In this document: positions 16,419 to 24,993 of the stretch, in pieces
Layout of the letters: every line of letters starts with the position of its first letter
Position numbering within the stretch: the first letter of the stretch is position 1
Sequence record: ON529852.1
DNA length: 64,000 nt
Reading direction: 5' to 3' (one strand)
Program-made: the position numbers and the translations under genes
The notes under the pieces: model-generated
Database searches by the model: none
What the model saw: the letters and a program-made list of their open reading frames with translations, nothing else
What the model was told of the DNA's origin: nothing

Positions 16419-16864
16419 GATCCTCCCTCCATGTAACGCAGGAGTAGCCGGACCTCTTCAACCGTAGCATCCTTTTTCAATTGATTGGCACGGTTACTAA
16501 TGACGCGGACGTTATCCGGCGTGTATCCTTTCGCATTATCGAAACGATCCACACTGGGACTGTCATGCAAACCCGTAGCATTTCCGGAGCGCCCCAAGAC
16601 GAGAGGAATGCCCAGAACGGGACAAATCTCAGGGACGATCAGATCGGCACCAACCAGGGTGCATTCGAAGCCGCGCTTTTTGGCGCGGTGACGTAGGCGG
16701 GGGAGAATCTGCACGCCCCACTGCTGCGGGTCGGCGCGGCGGCGTTGAGTTGCCGCTTTCTCGGCCTCCCGCCATGTGCGTCGAAGCATCTTCTTCCGCT
16801 CGGCGTACTCAGGGCGCCGCGCTATATCGTAGGCGCGGCGGGCTTCTTTTGCCTCGGAAGACAT
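16415..16864 (-). CDS. free-standing HNH-like (homing) endonuclease
   Basis: CPVLGIPL...SPSVDRFDNAKGYTPDNVRVISNRANQLK; visibly more AT-rich than its neighbours. Confidence 0.8.
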   Translation of the reverse strand: MSSEAKEARRAYDIARRPEYAERKKMLRRTWREAEKAATQRRRADPQQWGVQILPRLRHRAKKRGFECTLVGADLIVPEICPVLGIPLVLGRSGNATGLHDSPSVDRFDNAKGYTPDNVRVISNRANQLKKDATVEEVRLLLRYMEGGS

Positions 16865-16870
16865 ACTTTA

Positions 16871-17158
16871 CTAGGTTCGCGGTTTGATGTTGCGGAAGTC
16901 CGCAGGCAGAGGCCAGCAGGTGATCAGGATGTCGTCGACGAACACATAGAGATGTCCGGCGTGGACCCGCATGTTGTTGGCGGTCCGCTCGCGCAGATAG
17001 ACCCCGTCCAGGTAACGCCGAAACTTGCCGGAGAACTGACTGTGGGTCGCGCCCTTCTCCAGGGCGGCGGCGGCCTGCCGTTCAACGGCGCGGCGGGGTA
17101 GACCCAGGCGTTTCCGCACTCTCAGGTCCGCGTGGTCGGTCACTTGAACATCGGTCAT
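16871..17158 (-). CDS. hypothetical protein, possible RelE/DUF4258-like RNase fold
   Basis: TDHADLRVRKRLG...HLYVFVDDILITCW; own TTGACA-N18-GACAAT promoter with near-leaderless start. Confidence 0.55.
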   Translation of the reverse strand: MTDVQVTDHADLRVRKRLGLPRRAVERQAAAALEKGATHSQFSGKFRRYLDGVYLRERTANNMRVHAGHLYVFVDDILITCWPLPADFRNIKPRT

Positions 17159-17197
17159 GCTGCATTGTCAGCTATCCCGGCATTCAGTGTCAAGGAT

Positions 17198-17392
17198 TCA
17201 GTGATCCGGGGAGAGCGTTTTCGCCGGCGTCGTTTCGGCCAGCGCCTTGTAGTCCTCCTCGGACATCAGGACGTAACGGTGGTAGCCGTCCACGATCACC
17301 AGGGGCTCGACATAGGCCTTGCGGGCGAAGTTCGACCAGTGGTCGCGAATCTGGCCGGCGGAGATGCGCAGCAGGCCGTTGAAGCTGATCAT
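17198..17392 (-). CDS. Phd/YefM-like antitoxin
   Basis: ISAGQIRDHWSNFARKAYVEPLVIV....YVLMSEEDYKAL matches the Phd beta-alpha-beta-beta-alpha pattern. Confidence 0.65.
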   Translation of the reverse strand: MISFNGLLRISAGQIRDHWSNFARKAYVEPLVIVDGYHRYVLMSEEDYKALAETTPAKTLSPDH

Positions 17393-17628
17393 TGCGGACG
17401 ATCCTTGAAACCGAACTGGGCGGGGGCGCCGTAGTTGGGGGCGTAGGCCGAGTAATCCTGATCATTCAGGATCACCCCATGGAAGTTGCGCATGTAGCGC
17501 CGATAGAAGATGTGGGCGCTCTTGGCGTCGTCTTCATCGAAAGCCAACTGCCGGCCGTTGACCTGGGCGCCGAACGCCTCCAGCTTGGCCGTGCCGGACG
17601 GGTTGAGCGTGAAGATGAACCGGGTCAC
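17389..17628 (-). CDS. hypothetical protein, 79 aa
   Basis: Coupled ORF. Confidence 0.7.
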   Translation of the reverse strand: MTRFIFTLNPSGTAKLEAFGAQVNGRQLAFDEDDAKSAHIFYRRYMRNFHGVILNDQDYSAYAPNYGAPAQFGFKDRPQ

Positions 17629-17795
17629 ATCGTCTCCGCGATGAACTGTTCATCCCACTCGCCGATTCCCATCGTCGCCGGCCAGTGGTCAGGGTCCAGC
17701 GCGTTGTGGGCGCGCCACTTGTCGGCGAAGGCGGTGATCTCGGCCTGAAGGCGCGCGACGTACTGATCCAGTGTGAGTTCGGTCGGCTCAGGCAT
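17625..17795 (-). CDS. hypothetical protein, 56 aa
   Basis: ATG overlapping the end of the upstream gene. Confidence 0.65.
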   Translation of the reverse strand: MPEPTELTLDQYVARLQAEITAFADKWRAHNALDPDHWPATMGIGEWDEQFIAETM

Positions 17796-17988
17796 CAGGC
17801 GTCTCCAGTTCGGCCTGCTTCTGACGGCGGGCGTGGTGTCCGGCGATGCGGGCCTGTCGGTCCCGCTCTTCACGCCAGTATTTGAGGCGGATCACCAGCC
17901 GCGCCATCTGCTCCTCCATGGAGGCGACCTGGTTCTCCAGGACGATGCAGCGCTGCGCGGCGGCGGCCGAGAGGATGGTGTCGCTCAT
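17788..17988 (-). CDS. hypothetical coiled-coil protein, 66 aa
   Basis: ATGA coupling. Confidence 0.7.
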   Translation of the reverse strand: MSDTILSAAAAQRCIVLENQVASMEEQMARLVIRLKYWREERDRQARIAGHHARRQKQAELETPDA

Positions 17989-18785
17989 TCCGGGTCCCGA
18001 TACGAAACGGCGCCGTCGGCCGCGATGACGCAGACCTTGCCCAGCGCGGCCTGGGCGGTCATTTTGGCTGCATCGACCTTGGTGACGCCAGGGTGATACT
18101 GAAGGGTCGCATCGTGCTCCGGATGCCAGCGCTCCATCGCCACGGCGCAGCCGACCGCTTCACGCAAGGTTTCGAACGGAGTGTTGGGTGAGCCGTTCTT
18201 GGTCCGGAATCCGGCGACCGAGAACAGCGGCTTGCCGGCGATCGAGGCCGAATGGCAAATGATCGAGGCGATCTTCACATCATCTTCAGGCATGTGGATG
18301 TCGAACGTCGGCAGGGACTTCGAATGGGTCGCGTTCATCACCCGGTATCCTGGGGAGGACGCAACGAGGGCTTCCACTTCCGCCAGCAGAGGTGTGTCCA
18401 GCGCGGGCTGGACGGACTTGTGCCGGGTTCGCTCCAACTCATTCTTGTACGCGGCAGCCTGCTGCCGCTTGAGGTCAACGGCGTCGCGAAGGGCCTGAAT
18501 TTGATCTTCGATCTCATCCACCTCAACCGTACCCGCGAGTTGTTGGCGGTGAAGGGCCTTGGAATGCTGTAGAAGCGCTGCGCGATATTCGGGCGCGGCC
18601 TCATTTGACGCCTGTTCGCTCAGCGCATCAAGGCCGGCGACTGCGCGTCGGAGTTGCTGCACTCGCTCTTGAGTCTTGAAGAGGCGCAGTTCCAACCTGG
18701 CGCTCTCTGCGCGGTGGTCTCGGATGGCGTACAGAAGGCCGGCGATGTAATCGCTCAGCATGCACGAGGTTTCGTAGGGGCTCAC
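17985..18785 (-). CDS. hypothetical coiled-coil protein, 266 aa
   Basis: Long coupled ORF. Confidence 0.75.
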   Translation of the reverse strand: MSPYETSCMLSDYIAGLLYAIRDHRAESARLELRLFKTQERVQQLRRAVAGLDALSEQASNEAAPEYRAALLQHSKALHRQQLAGTVEVDEIEDQIQALRDAVDLKRQQAAAYKNELERTRHKSVQPALDTPLLAEVEALVASSPGYRVMNATHSKSLPTFDIHMPEDDVKIASIICHSASIAGKPLFSVAGFRTKNGSPNTPFETLREAVGCAVAMERWHPEHDATLQYHPGVTKVDAAKMTAQAALGKVCVIAADGAVSYRDPE

Positions 18786-19072
18786 TTCGGTTCCCCCTCC
18801 AGCGCGACCTTGGTCAGGCGCGCGAGGTCTTCAGCGCGGAGGCCTGCCGCATTGACGGTGATGGTCGACTTGACCTCGACGGTCTTGTTGTCCTTGGTCG
18901 CGACCAGGATCACGCCGGCCAGGCCCGATCCAACGCCGCAGATCAGTTCGACGTGCTCGGGCTGCACGACGACGCCGAACGCCGCCAGCAGGGCGATGAC
19001 GCCGAGCCAGGTCGAGCGCTCAGTGGCTCGGGCGAGGGCCGTGGCCCAGAGGATGTTCCAGTCGATGGTCAT
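18782..19072 (-). CDS. putative holin / two-TM membrane protein
   Basis: ERSTWLGVIALLAAFGV...ELICGVGSGLAGVILVATKD: two TM segments and a charged tail. Confidence 0.55.
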   Translation of the reverse strand: MTIDWNILWATALARATERSTWLGVIALLAAFGVVVQPEHVELICGVGSGLAGVILVATKDNKTVEVKSTITVNAAGLRAEDLARLTKVALEGEPK

Positions 19073-19938
19073 GCGGTGGTTCCGGGTTTGGCGGCGCCCG
19101 TCAGCAAGGCGGCGGCGTTGACCGCCTGGGGCTTGGCCTGGGGCACGCCGAAGCGGATGTGGGAGAGGTCCAGCTTCGGTGCAGCGGGCTCATCCAGGAT
19201 CGCCAGGACCCTGTCAGGCGTCATCGGCTCGGGGATCGGGGCCTGGTCCATCTCCGGGTGATAAGCCTGCGTCAGCCGCAGCGCCTGGGTCTCGCGATCC
19301 AACGGCCCCTTCGGCTCATTGATCCCGTAGGGCAGGCCGGCGAGCAGGGGCGCATAGGCGTTGTCGACGTAGAAGCGGGCCAGGCCGGTCGGCAGTTCGA
19401 CGTCGATCTGGGTGAAATACTCGCCCGACCCGCAAGCCGCGACCTTGAGGCCGGCGTCCGACGCCAGGCGCGCGTAGGCGATGATCAGATGATCGTAGTC
19501 CTCGCGCAACTTCAGCGCGGCGTCGTTGGCGCCCTTCAGGTCATCCTTCAGGGTGAGGTTTTCCTGGGTGGCGGCCGCCAGGGCGGCTTCGGCGCGCTTG
19601 GCCCGTTGCAGGTTCTCATCCGCTTCCGCCCGAATCTCCTGAGCCGCCTTGGCCTGCGCCTCGTAGGCGCGATCCCGCTGCGCGATCGCGGCGCGGTATT
19701 GCTCCGGGGTCAGTTCCGGCGGCGCGGGGGGCTTGGCGGCTTTTTCGTCCAGCTTGGCGCGGGCCTCTTCCAGGAACTTCAGCTTCTCGGCGTCGAAGCA
19801 CTCGGGCTGCTTGGCGAGGCGATCAAACTCGTTCGCCTTCTTGACCAGGTCGTCGAAGATCGGCAGGGCGCCAGGCAACGTCCAGGTGTCCTGGGGCAGC
19901 TTGGAGCCGTAGTCGTGAACCATGGAGACGATGCACAT
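19069..19938 (-). CDS. hypothetical coiled-coil protein, 289 aa
   Basis: Long coupled ORF. Confidence 0.8.
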   Translation of the reverse strand: MCIVSMVHDYGSKLPQDTWTLPGALPIFDDLVKKANEFDRLAKQPECFDAEKLKFLEEARAKLDEKAAKPPAPPELTPEQYRAAIAQRDRAYEAQAKAAQEIRAEADENLQRAKRAEAALAAATQENLTLKDDLKGANDAALKLREDYDHLIIAYARLASDAGLKVAACGSGEYFTQIDVELPTGLARFYVDNAYAPLLAGLPYGINEPKGPLDRETQALRLTQAYHPEMDQAPIPEPMTPDRVLAILDEPAAPKLDLSHIRFGVPQAKPQAVNAAALLTGAAKPGTTA

Positions 19939-20891
19939 TAGTCGCGACCTTCCATCAGCTTGGCGATCACGGGATGGGCGAGGGTGTCTTCGTCCAGTCC
20001 GCGCGCGATCTCCGAGGCGAGCGTGGCGTCGCGGGCGTAACCTTGATCGCGATCAGCCTCAGAGCCCCACCCCGAAGCAGCGACCTCAGCCATGGCGTCG
20101 GCGATGGCGTGTGCCTCTGCGCCAACAGCGGCGGCTACGGTCTGCTCGGCTCCCGTGGAGGGGCGCTTCCCGTTCGCCAGGGCCAGCTTGTCCACCGCGC
20201 TCAGTTGACGGGCGGCGGCGCGGCGTTCCAGGGCGACGTCCGTCGGGGTCTTGACGCGGGGGCGATCGCCGGTCAGGGCGCAGGTCAGGAGCGCGTGCGC
20301 TTCACGCAGACGGGCCTCGGCCTCGTCCCGCATCTTGGAGGATTCCGACTTCAGGACCTCGGTGCGGCGCACCACCTCCTGCCGATCGCGCTCGATGATG
20401 ACGCTCTCGCGGGCATAGGTCAGCGCCTCGGTGATCATCGCCTCGGCCCTGGCGGGCGAGGGGATGCGGTCGCGCAGGTCGGACAGTTCTTTGGAGCGCT
20501 CGATCAGGGCTTGGCGGAACTCGCCCAGTTTGGCTTCAGTCTGCGCGGCGCGGGCGGACGCTTCGGCCGCTTCCTGGCGCGCGGCGGCGAGCGCCTCGGC
20601 CAAGCCCTCGGTGCGCTCAACGTAGCCTTCCAGTTCATCGGCGATGTCCTTGGTGTCCACCACCACGGTCAGGGTTTCGACGCCGGGCTTCGCCTCGCGG
20701 AAGGTGACGTGATAGGGGCGCGACAGGTCCGAGATCGCCCGCGTGGTGCTCGGCGTGCCTTCGGGCACTTCGACGGAGTGGCCGGCGCCGCTCAGGGCCT
20801 GGGCCAGCACCGCCATCAGGGTGGACTTGCCGGAGCCTGCGGCGCCGGACACCGTCACGGTCACTTCGCAGGTTTGGTTCTTATCGGTCAT
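19938..20891 (-). CDS. protein with N-terminal P-loop and coiled coil
   Basis: GAAGSGKST Walker A; contains SAVDKLALANG, shared with the scaffold C-terminus. Confidence 0.7.
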   Translation of the reverse strand: MTDKNQTCEVTVTVSGAAGSGKSTLMAVLAQALSGAGHSVEVPEGTPSTTRAISDLSRPYHVTFREAKPGVETLTVVVDTKDIADELEGYVERTEGLAEALAAARQEAAEASARAAQTEAKLGEFRQALIERSKELSDLRDRIPSPARAEAMITEALTYARESVIIERDRQEVVRRTEVLKSESSKMRDEAEARLREAHALLTCALTGDRPRVKTPTDVALERRAAARQLSAVDKLALANGKRPSTGAEQTVAAAVGAEAHAIADAMAEVAASGWGSEADRDQGYARDATLASEIARGLDEDTLAHPVIAKLMEGRD

Positions 20892-20900
20892 GGTGTTCTT

Positions 20901-21185
20901 TCAGAGCCACACGGGGCGGCGAGAGGGGCGCAGGCGAGGCGCGACGATGGTGTTGACCCAGTCGACGAGGCGTTTGCGCAGGTCAGGATCGACGAGGCGC
21001 GCTTCAGCGTCCGGACAGGAGTAGAGACTGGACCAGCAGATGATCGCGGTTTCGAACCGGAACCCGTAGATCGCGTCGCTGTCGAACGCTTCGACCGCGT
21101 GGACCATGGAACCCTCCAGGCCGACGTCGATCTTGTCCTCGACGACGTTGAACGCCACCAGGAGGATGGGCTTGGGGAACTGCAT
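20901..21185 (-). CDS. hypothetical protein, 94 aa
   Basis: TGATG coupling. Confidence 0.7.
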   Translation of the reverse strand: MQFPKPILLVAFNVVEDKIDVGLEGSMVHAVEAFDSDAIYGFRFETAIICWSSLYSCPDAEARLVDPDLRKRLVDWVNTIVAPRLRPSRRPVWL

Positions 21186-21346
21186 CAGAAGCACTTCCCG
21201 AGGATGTAGCCGATGACCACGCCGGTCATGACCGGCGTGCCGCCGACAACCACCAGGGTGGCCCGCCAGTGGGAGATGCACCAGGCGAAGAGCCGGTTGC
21301 CGCCCTCATCGAGCCATCCGAAGTAGTCGTCGGAGGTGGAGTTCAT
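21185..21346 (-). CDS. small membrane protein, 53 aa
   Basis: TGATG coupling; C-terminal TM segment. Confidence 0.65.
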   Translation of the reverse strand: MNSTSDDYFGWLDEGGNRLFAWCISHWRATLVVVGGTPVMTGVVIGYILGKCF

Positions 21347-21507
21347 CAGTTTGAGCCCAAGCCCTCGAAGATCGCCCCGAGGAGTTCGCCGCAACCTTCC
21401 AGAAGGTCGCCGAGGAAAGCGAAGACGAAGAAACCGTCCCAGAAGCTGTCGTTGTGACGACGCTGCGGCCGGGCCGGCTCCTTCTTCTTCAGATCGATGC
21501 GGGTCAC
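21346..21507 (-). CDS. small protein, 53 aa
   Basis: GTGA overlap; VTRIDLKKKEP...FWDGFFVFAFLGDLL. Confidence 0.6.
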   Translation of the reverse strand: MTRIDLKKKEPARPQRRHNDSFWDGFFVFAFLGDLLEGCGELLGAIFEGLGSN

Positions 21508-21650
21508 GCGTAGAGGACGCAGCCGGACATCACGCCGAGGATGAAGATCATCGCAGCGGCGATCTTGGTCTCCTTGACGATGGTGACAGCCTGCTTGGCA
21601 CCGGCTTCAAGGGCGGCCTTGACGGCCAGGAAGATGGAGTTGAAGTCCAT
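21504..21650 (-). CDS. small membrane protein, 48 aa
   Basis: C-terminal hydrophobic segment. Confidence 0.6.
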   Translation of the reverse strand: MDFNSIFLAVKAALEAGAKQAVTIVKETKIAAAMIFILGVMSGCVLYA

Positions 21651-21654
21651 AGGA

Positions 21655-21807
21655 TCAGGTCTCGGTTCGTTTGGGGGCGGTGAGGAAGGCGTAGTAGAGG
21701 CGGGCGGCCTCGACCACGTCATGCTTGTCGGCGAGTTCGTGACGGGTGGCGATGGCGGCGCGCAGGGCCTCCAGCGCCAGGTCGGGGTTGTATTCGGTAG
21801 ACATCAT
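21655..21807 (-). CDS. hypothetical protein, 50 aa
   Basis: TGATG coupling. Confidence 0.65.
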   Translation of the reverse strand: MMSTEYNPDLALEALRAAIATRHELADKHDVVEAARLYYAFLTAPKRTET

Positions 21808-22016
21808 CAGGGATTCTTCCGAGGTCTCCCGCGTTTCGGCTTGGCCGGCGCGGGCTTCTTGGCGGGGAGGGGACGCGGACCGTCGGGCGAGAAGCCGCCC
21901 AGGATCGCAAGGTCTTCATCGTCGAACTCGGCGATCCCGAAGGGGTTGTCCGAGTGGGCCTCTTCTTCATCCAGGTCGTGGATGAGATCGTTGAGGTCGG
22001 AGTAGCGGCGAGACAT
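21807..22016 (-). CDS. hypothetical protein, 69 aa (acidic N-terminus, basic C-terminus)
   Basis: ORF track; KPKRGRPRK AT-hook-like tail. Confidence 0.7.
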   Translation of the reverse strand: MSRRYSDLNDLIHDLDEEEAHSDNPFGIAEFDDEDLAILGGFSPDGPRPLPAKKPAPAKPKRGRPRKNP

Positions 22017-22036
22017 GATCTGGGCGGCTGACGCGG

Positions 22037-22447
22037 TTACGGGTTCGGGTTGATCCGGTAGATCGGCAGCGGCGCCGCTTCCTGACCGTTACGGGCGGCG
22101 TGGAAGAGGGCCGAGGCTTCCTCGACCGCGCCCTTGGCGACCAGTTCCGGGATGCGGAACCCGCGCACGCGGTGCGCCGCCAGGTCACGATCCGCGAACG
22201 AACGCCACTGGGTTTCCGTCACCCAGCCGGCGCCCGAGGCTTCCATCACGCGCGCCAGGCCGACGCAGGCCTTGATCTCGGTGTTGGTCATGCCGACGGT
22301 GGTCAGGTGGGCGGGCAGGGCCGTCGCGGTGAGCGTGTCTTCGGCCTCGGGCAGCTTGCCGAAGGAGACCGAGCCGGCGGGGCGGAGTTGCTGGGGCGCG
22401 CCGGCGGCGCCGGGGCCAGTGCGGAACTTATCGGTTTGGGAGGGCAT
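22037..22447 (-). CDS. hypothetical protein, 136 aa
   Basis: ORF track; possible winged-helix-like C-terminus. Confidence 0.7.
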   Translation of the reverse strand: MPSQTDKFRTGPGAAGAPQQLRPAGSVSFGKLPEAEDTLTATALPAHLTTVGMTNTEIKACVGLARVMEASGAGWVTETQWRSFADRDLAAHRVRGFRIPELVAKGAVEEASALFHAARNGQEAAPLPIYRINPNP

Positions 22448-22453
22448 GTACGG

Positions 22454-22570
22454 TTACGACTTCTTGCGCTTGTGAGGCACGGGGTTCTTCTTGGTGTTCG
22501 GTTTGGCCTTGCCGGGCTTTCCGGCGGGCTTGGCGAACGGGTTGGCGGTGAGGATGTCGAGCGGCGGCAT
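22454..22570 (-). CDS. small Lys/Pro-rich basic protein, 38 aa
   Basis: TGATG-coupled to the portal stop. Confidence 0.55.
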   Translation of the reverse strand: MPPLDILTANPFAKPAGKPGKAKPNTKKNPVPHKRKKS

Positions 22571-24552
22571 CAGGTGGCGCTACCGGGTCGACGCGGGGTG
22601 GTGGCGGCGGGAGCCGGCTTGTTCGCGGCGGCCTTGGCGGCGGCGTCAGCCTGCTTCTCCTGGATGTCCAGTTGGCGCTGGGCCTTCTGCGACGGCGGGG
22701 CCTGCTCGATGTCGCCCAGTTCGCGCGAAGCCGAGACGGACGTCGCGCCATACTGCTGCGCGAAGGCCAGCTTCTCTTCCTCCAGGGCGCGGGCGCGTTC
22801 CTGAAGGTCGATTTCCTGCTGCTGGAAGTCGGCTTCGCGCGCGATGCGGGCCTGCTCCAGTTCCTGGGCGCGGGAGACGTAGCCGCGACGCATGGCTTCA
22901 GCGTCCGGTTGGCCGACGAAGGAGTTGACGTCCTTCATCTTGGTGGTGAACTCGTCCAGGGTCTCGCTGGACGGGATCAGGCCGTACTTGATCCACACCT
23001 CATAGACATGCTCGGTGGTCAGGAGCCCGGCTTCGACCAGTTGCTGCACCGCGCGGATGGCGCGGGCGTCCAGGGCGGTCGACAGGAAGGTGGTGTCGAT
23101 CTCGTAGCGGACCTTGGCGGTGTCGCTGAGCAGGACGTCGCGGAACATCAGCCAGAAGCGCACGACCTGGGTCATGCCTTCTTCCAGGGCGGTGATGACG
23201 TTCAGCAGCAACGACTGTTCGTTGGCCTCGCGCATCGCCGACTGCTGGTTGGATTCAGAGGTCGACTTCGAGGCGCCCGGCATCATGCGGCCGCCGATCG
23301 CGGCGATCTGCTGTTCCTTCTCGTTCAAGGCGCGTTCCAGGGTCTTCAGACCCTCGCCCTTGAACTCCAGGATGCCCGGCTGTTCGCCCGACGGCACTTC
23401 CCAGACGGTGCCGGGACCGATGTGGTATTCCGCCGCGTCGTTGTCGGCGTTGCCCGGCGCATAGTAGGTCGGCAGGGCGGTATAGAAGCGACCGTACTCC
23501 AGTTCGGCGTAGGTGCGGTAGTGCTTCAGGTTCAGGTCGACGATGTCGAGGATCGGCGGCTTTTCGCAGTCCGCCGCATTGGAGAAGGCGCCGAAGAAGA
23601 CGAAGGGAATGAACCGCAGCGGGTTGCCCCGGATCAGCGGCGTCAACACTTCCTCGGGGATGCCCGTCGGGTCCTCGCGATAGACGCGCTGGACGTAGAT
23701 GCGGCTGCCGTCCTCCTGGAACTCCAGAACCAGTTCGCGATAGAGGGTGGCGTAGTGGTAGCCGCCGGCGGTGGACGGCTCGGGCATGGGTTGGCGCGCC
23801 TTGCCGGCCGCCGGGGTCAGGGTTCCGTCAGCGGTGCGGACCATGGCGGTCTGGGGGCGTTGACGGCGGCCACGGCGGTTCGGCTCATTGATCCACCGGT
23901 TATCGTGACTCCCCGGTTCCTGCTCGCGCACGAACTCGCGCAGGAGGACGCGGGTGGGGACATAGAAGCCGTCGACCTCGTCGATCTGCCAGTCGATGAT
24001 GTTCTCGGCCGAATAGCCGACGGCGAACGCCTGGGGCTTGGCGCCGGGCGCCGACTTGGCGGCGTCGACCAGAACGCCGAAACGGCCCAGGGCCAGTTGC
24101 TCGGTCGCGATGGTCTTGGCGAAGGTGGAATGGCTGGAGCCGTCTTTGGCGAAGCGATAGAGCGACGGCGCGATGTCCTGGCCGGCGTTGACCACGATCT
24201 CTTCACCGTTGACGCCGCGCGCGATCACAGCGCCGGGACGCGGCAGGCCGCGCACCTGGGGCGGACGGCGGAAGACCTGGCCCACCATGCCCGCCAGGGT
24301 CTGGTTGGTCATGTTGTAGAAGACCGCACGGTGCAGGTATTCTTCGTACTGGTCGCCGTCAGAACCCGTCATCGGGCGCAGGTATTCCGCACCCTTCTTC
24401 TTGATCTCACGCTCGCCGGCGATGGCGTCACGGATTTTCGACCACTCGGGGCGCCAGTATTCGTATTCGGGGTGGACGACGAGGTGGCTGAACGCCTGAA
24501 TCGCGCGCTTGGTGCGGCTGATGTTCGTCGAGTTGGGCGCAGTGCCGGCCAT
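22570..24552 (-). CDS. portal protein (DUF4055-type, phiCbK-like)
   Basis: 660 aa; HPEY..W..W..IRD...YL.RA.FYN.T..TL.GMVG.VFR and PP+LD+.DLN+.HY motifs. Confidence 0.9.
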   Translation of the reverse strand: MAGTAPNSTNISRTKRAIQAFSHLVVHPEYEYWRPEWSKIRDAIAGEREIKKKGAEYLRPMTGSDGDQYEEYLHRAVFYNMTNQTLAGMVGQVFRRPPQVRGLPRPGAVIARGVNGEEIVVNAGQDIAPSLYRFAKDGSSHSTFAKTIATEQLALGRFGVLVDAAKSAPGAKPQAFAVGYSAENIIDWQIDEVDGFYVPTRVLLREFVREQEPGSHDNRWINEPNRRGRRQRPQTAMVRTADGTLTPAAGKARQPMPEPSTAGGYHYATLYRELVLEFQEDGSRIYVQRVYREDPTGIPEEVLTPLIRGNPLRFIPFVFFGAFSNAADCEKPPILDIVDLNLKHYRTYAELEYGRFYTALPTYYAPGNADNDAAEYHIGPGTVWEVPSGEQPGILEFKGEGLKTLERALNEKEQQIAAIGGRMMPGASKSTSESNQQSAMREANEQSLLLNVITALEEGMTQVVRFWLMFRDVLLSDTAKVRYEIDTTFLSTALDARAIRAVQQLVEAGLLTTEHVYEVWIKYGLIPSSETLDEFTTKMKDVNSFVGQPDAEAMRRGYVSRAQELEQARIAREADFQQQEIDLQERARALEEEKLAFAQQYGATSVSASRELGDIEQAPPSQKAQRQLDIQEKQADAAAKAAANKPAPAATTPRRPGSAT

Positions 24553-24778
24553 GTAGGGATGTGTCGGTCAAAAAGACCGGGAGGGGCGTTGTCCGAACGA
24601 CGAACCGCGACCCTCCCGTAGGGTCAGACGAAAATGTCGGGGCCGAGCGGCTCCGAACGCCGTCATACCTGCCATGAAACGGCATCTGTGTCAAGATTTA
24701 CGGCAATCAGCGCCTCCGATCGAGTCATCAATCGCCGTGTTAACCCTCTTTTGCCATTGACGCTGACAGAATCATGGC

Positions 24779-24985
24779 TAAGGTCAAGGTTTCCAACGAG
24801 GCCTGCGGGCTTCCTGATAACCCGAACGGAGGAGGTCGCCATGAAGTGAGAGACACACCGCCCTGGGGGAGCCAGGGGTCGGCCGGCGCGAAACCTTACC
24901 CAGAGGCGCGACCGGTCTTCAGCAGCGCACTCTTGACCATATTGCGTGAAGGCCCCGCCGAATGATCGACGGGGCCTTTCTTCTG
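24779..24985 (+). ncRNA. candidate ~200-nt structured RNA with an internal ATG-AAG-TGA minigene
   Basis: CtrA-like promoter at 24740-24772; end-pairing GGTCAAG (24782-88) / CTTGACC (24932-38); internal stems; terminator at 24949-24985. Confidence 0.5.
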
Positions 24986-24993
24986 TTGCGCCT

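Noticed and set aside
24774-24965. 63-aa + strand ORF
   Set aside because: No RBS, and its ATG lies upstream of the predicted TSS; the RNA/minigene reading fits better, though this is not proven.
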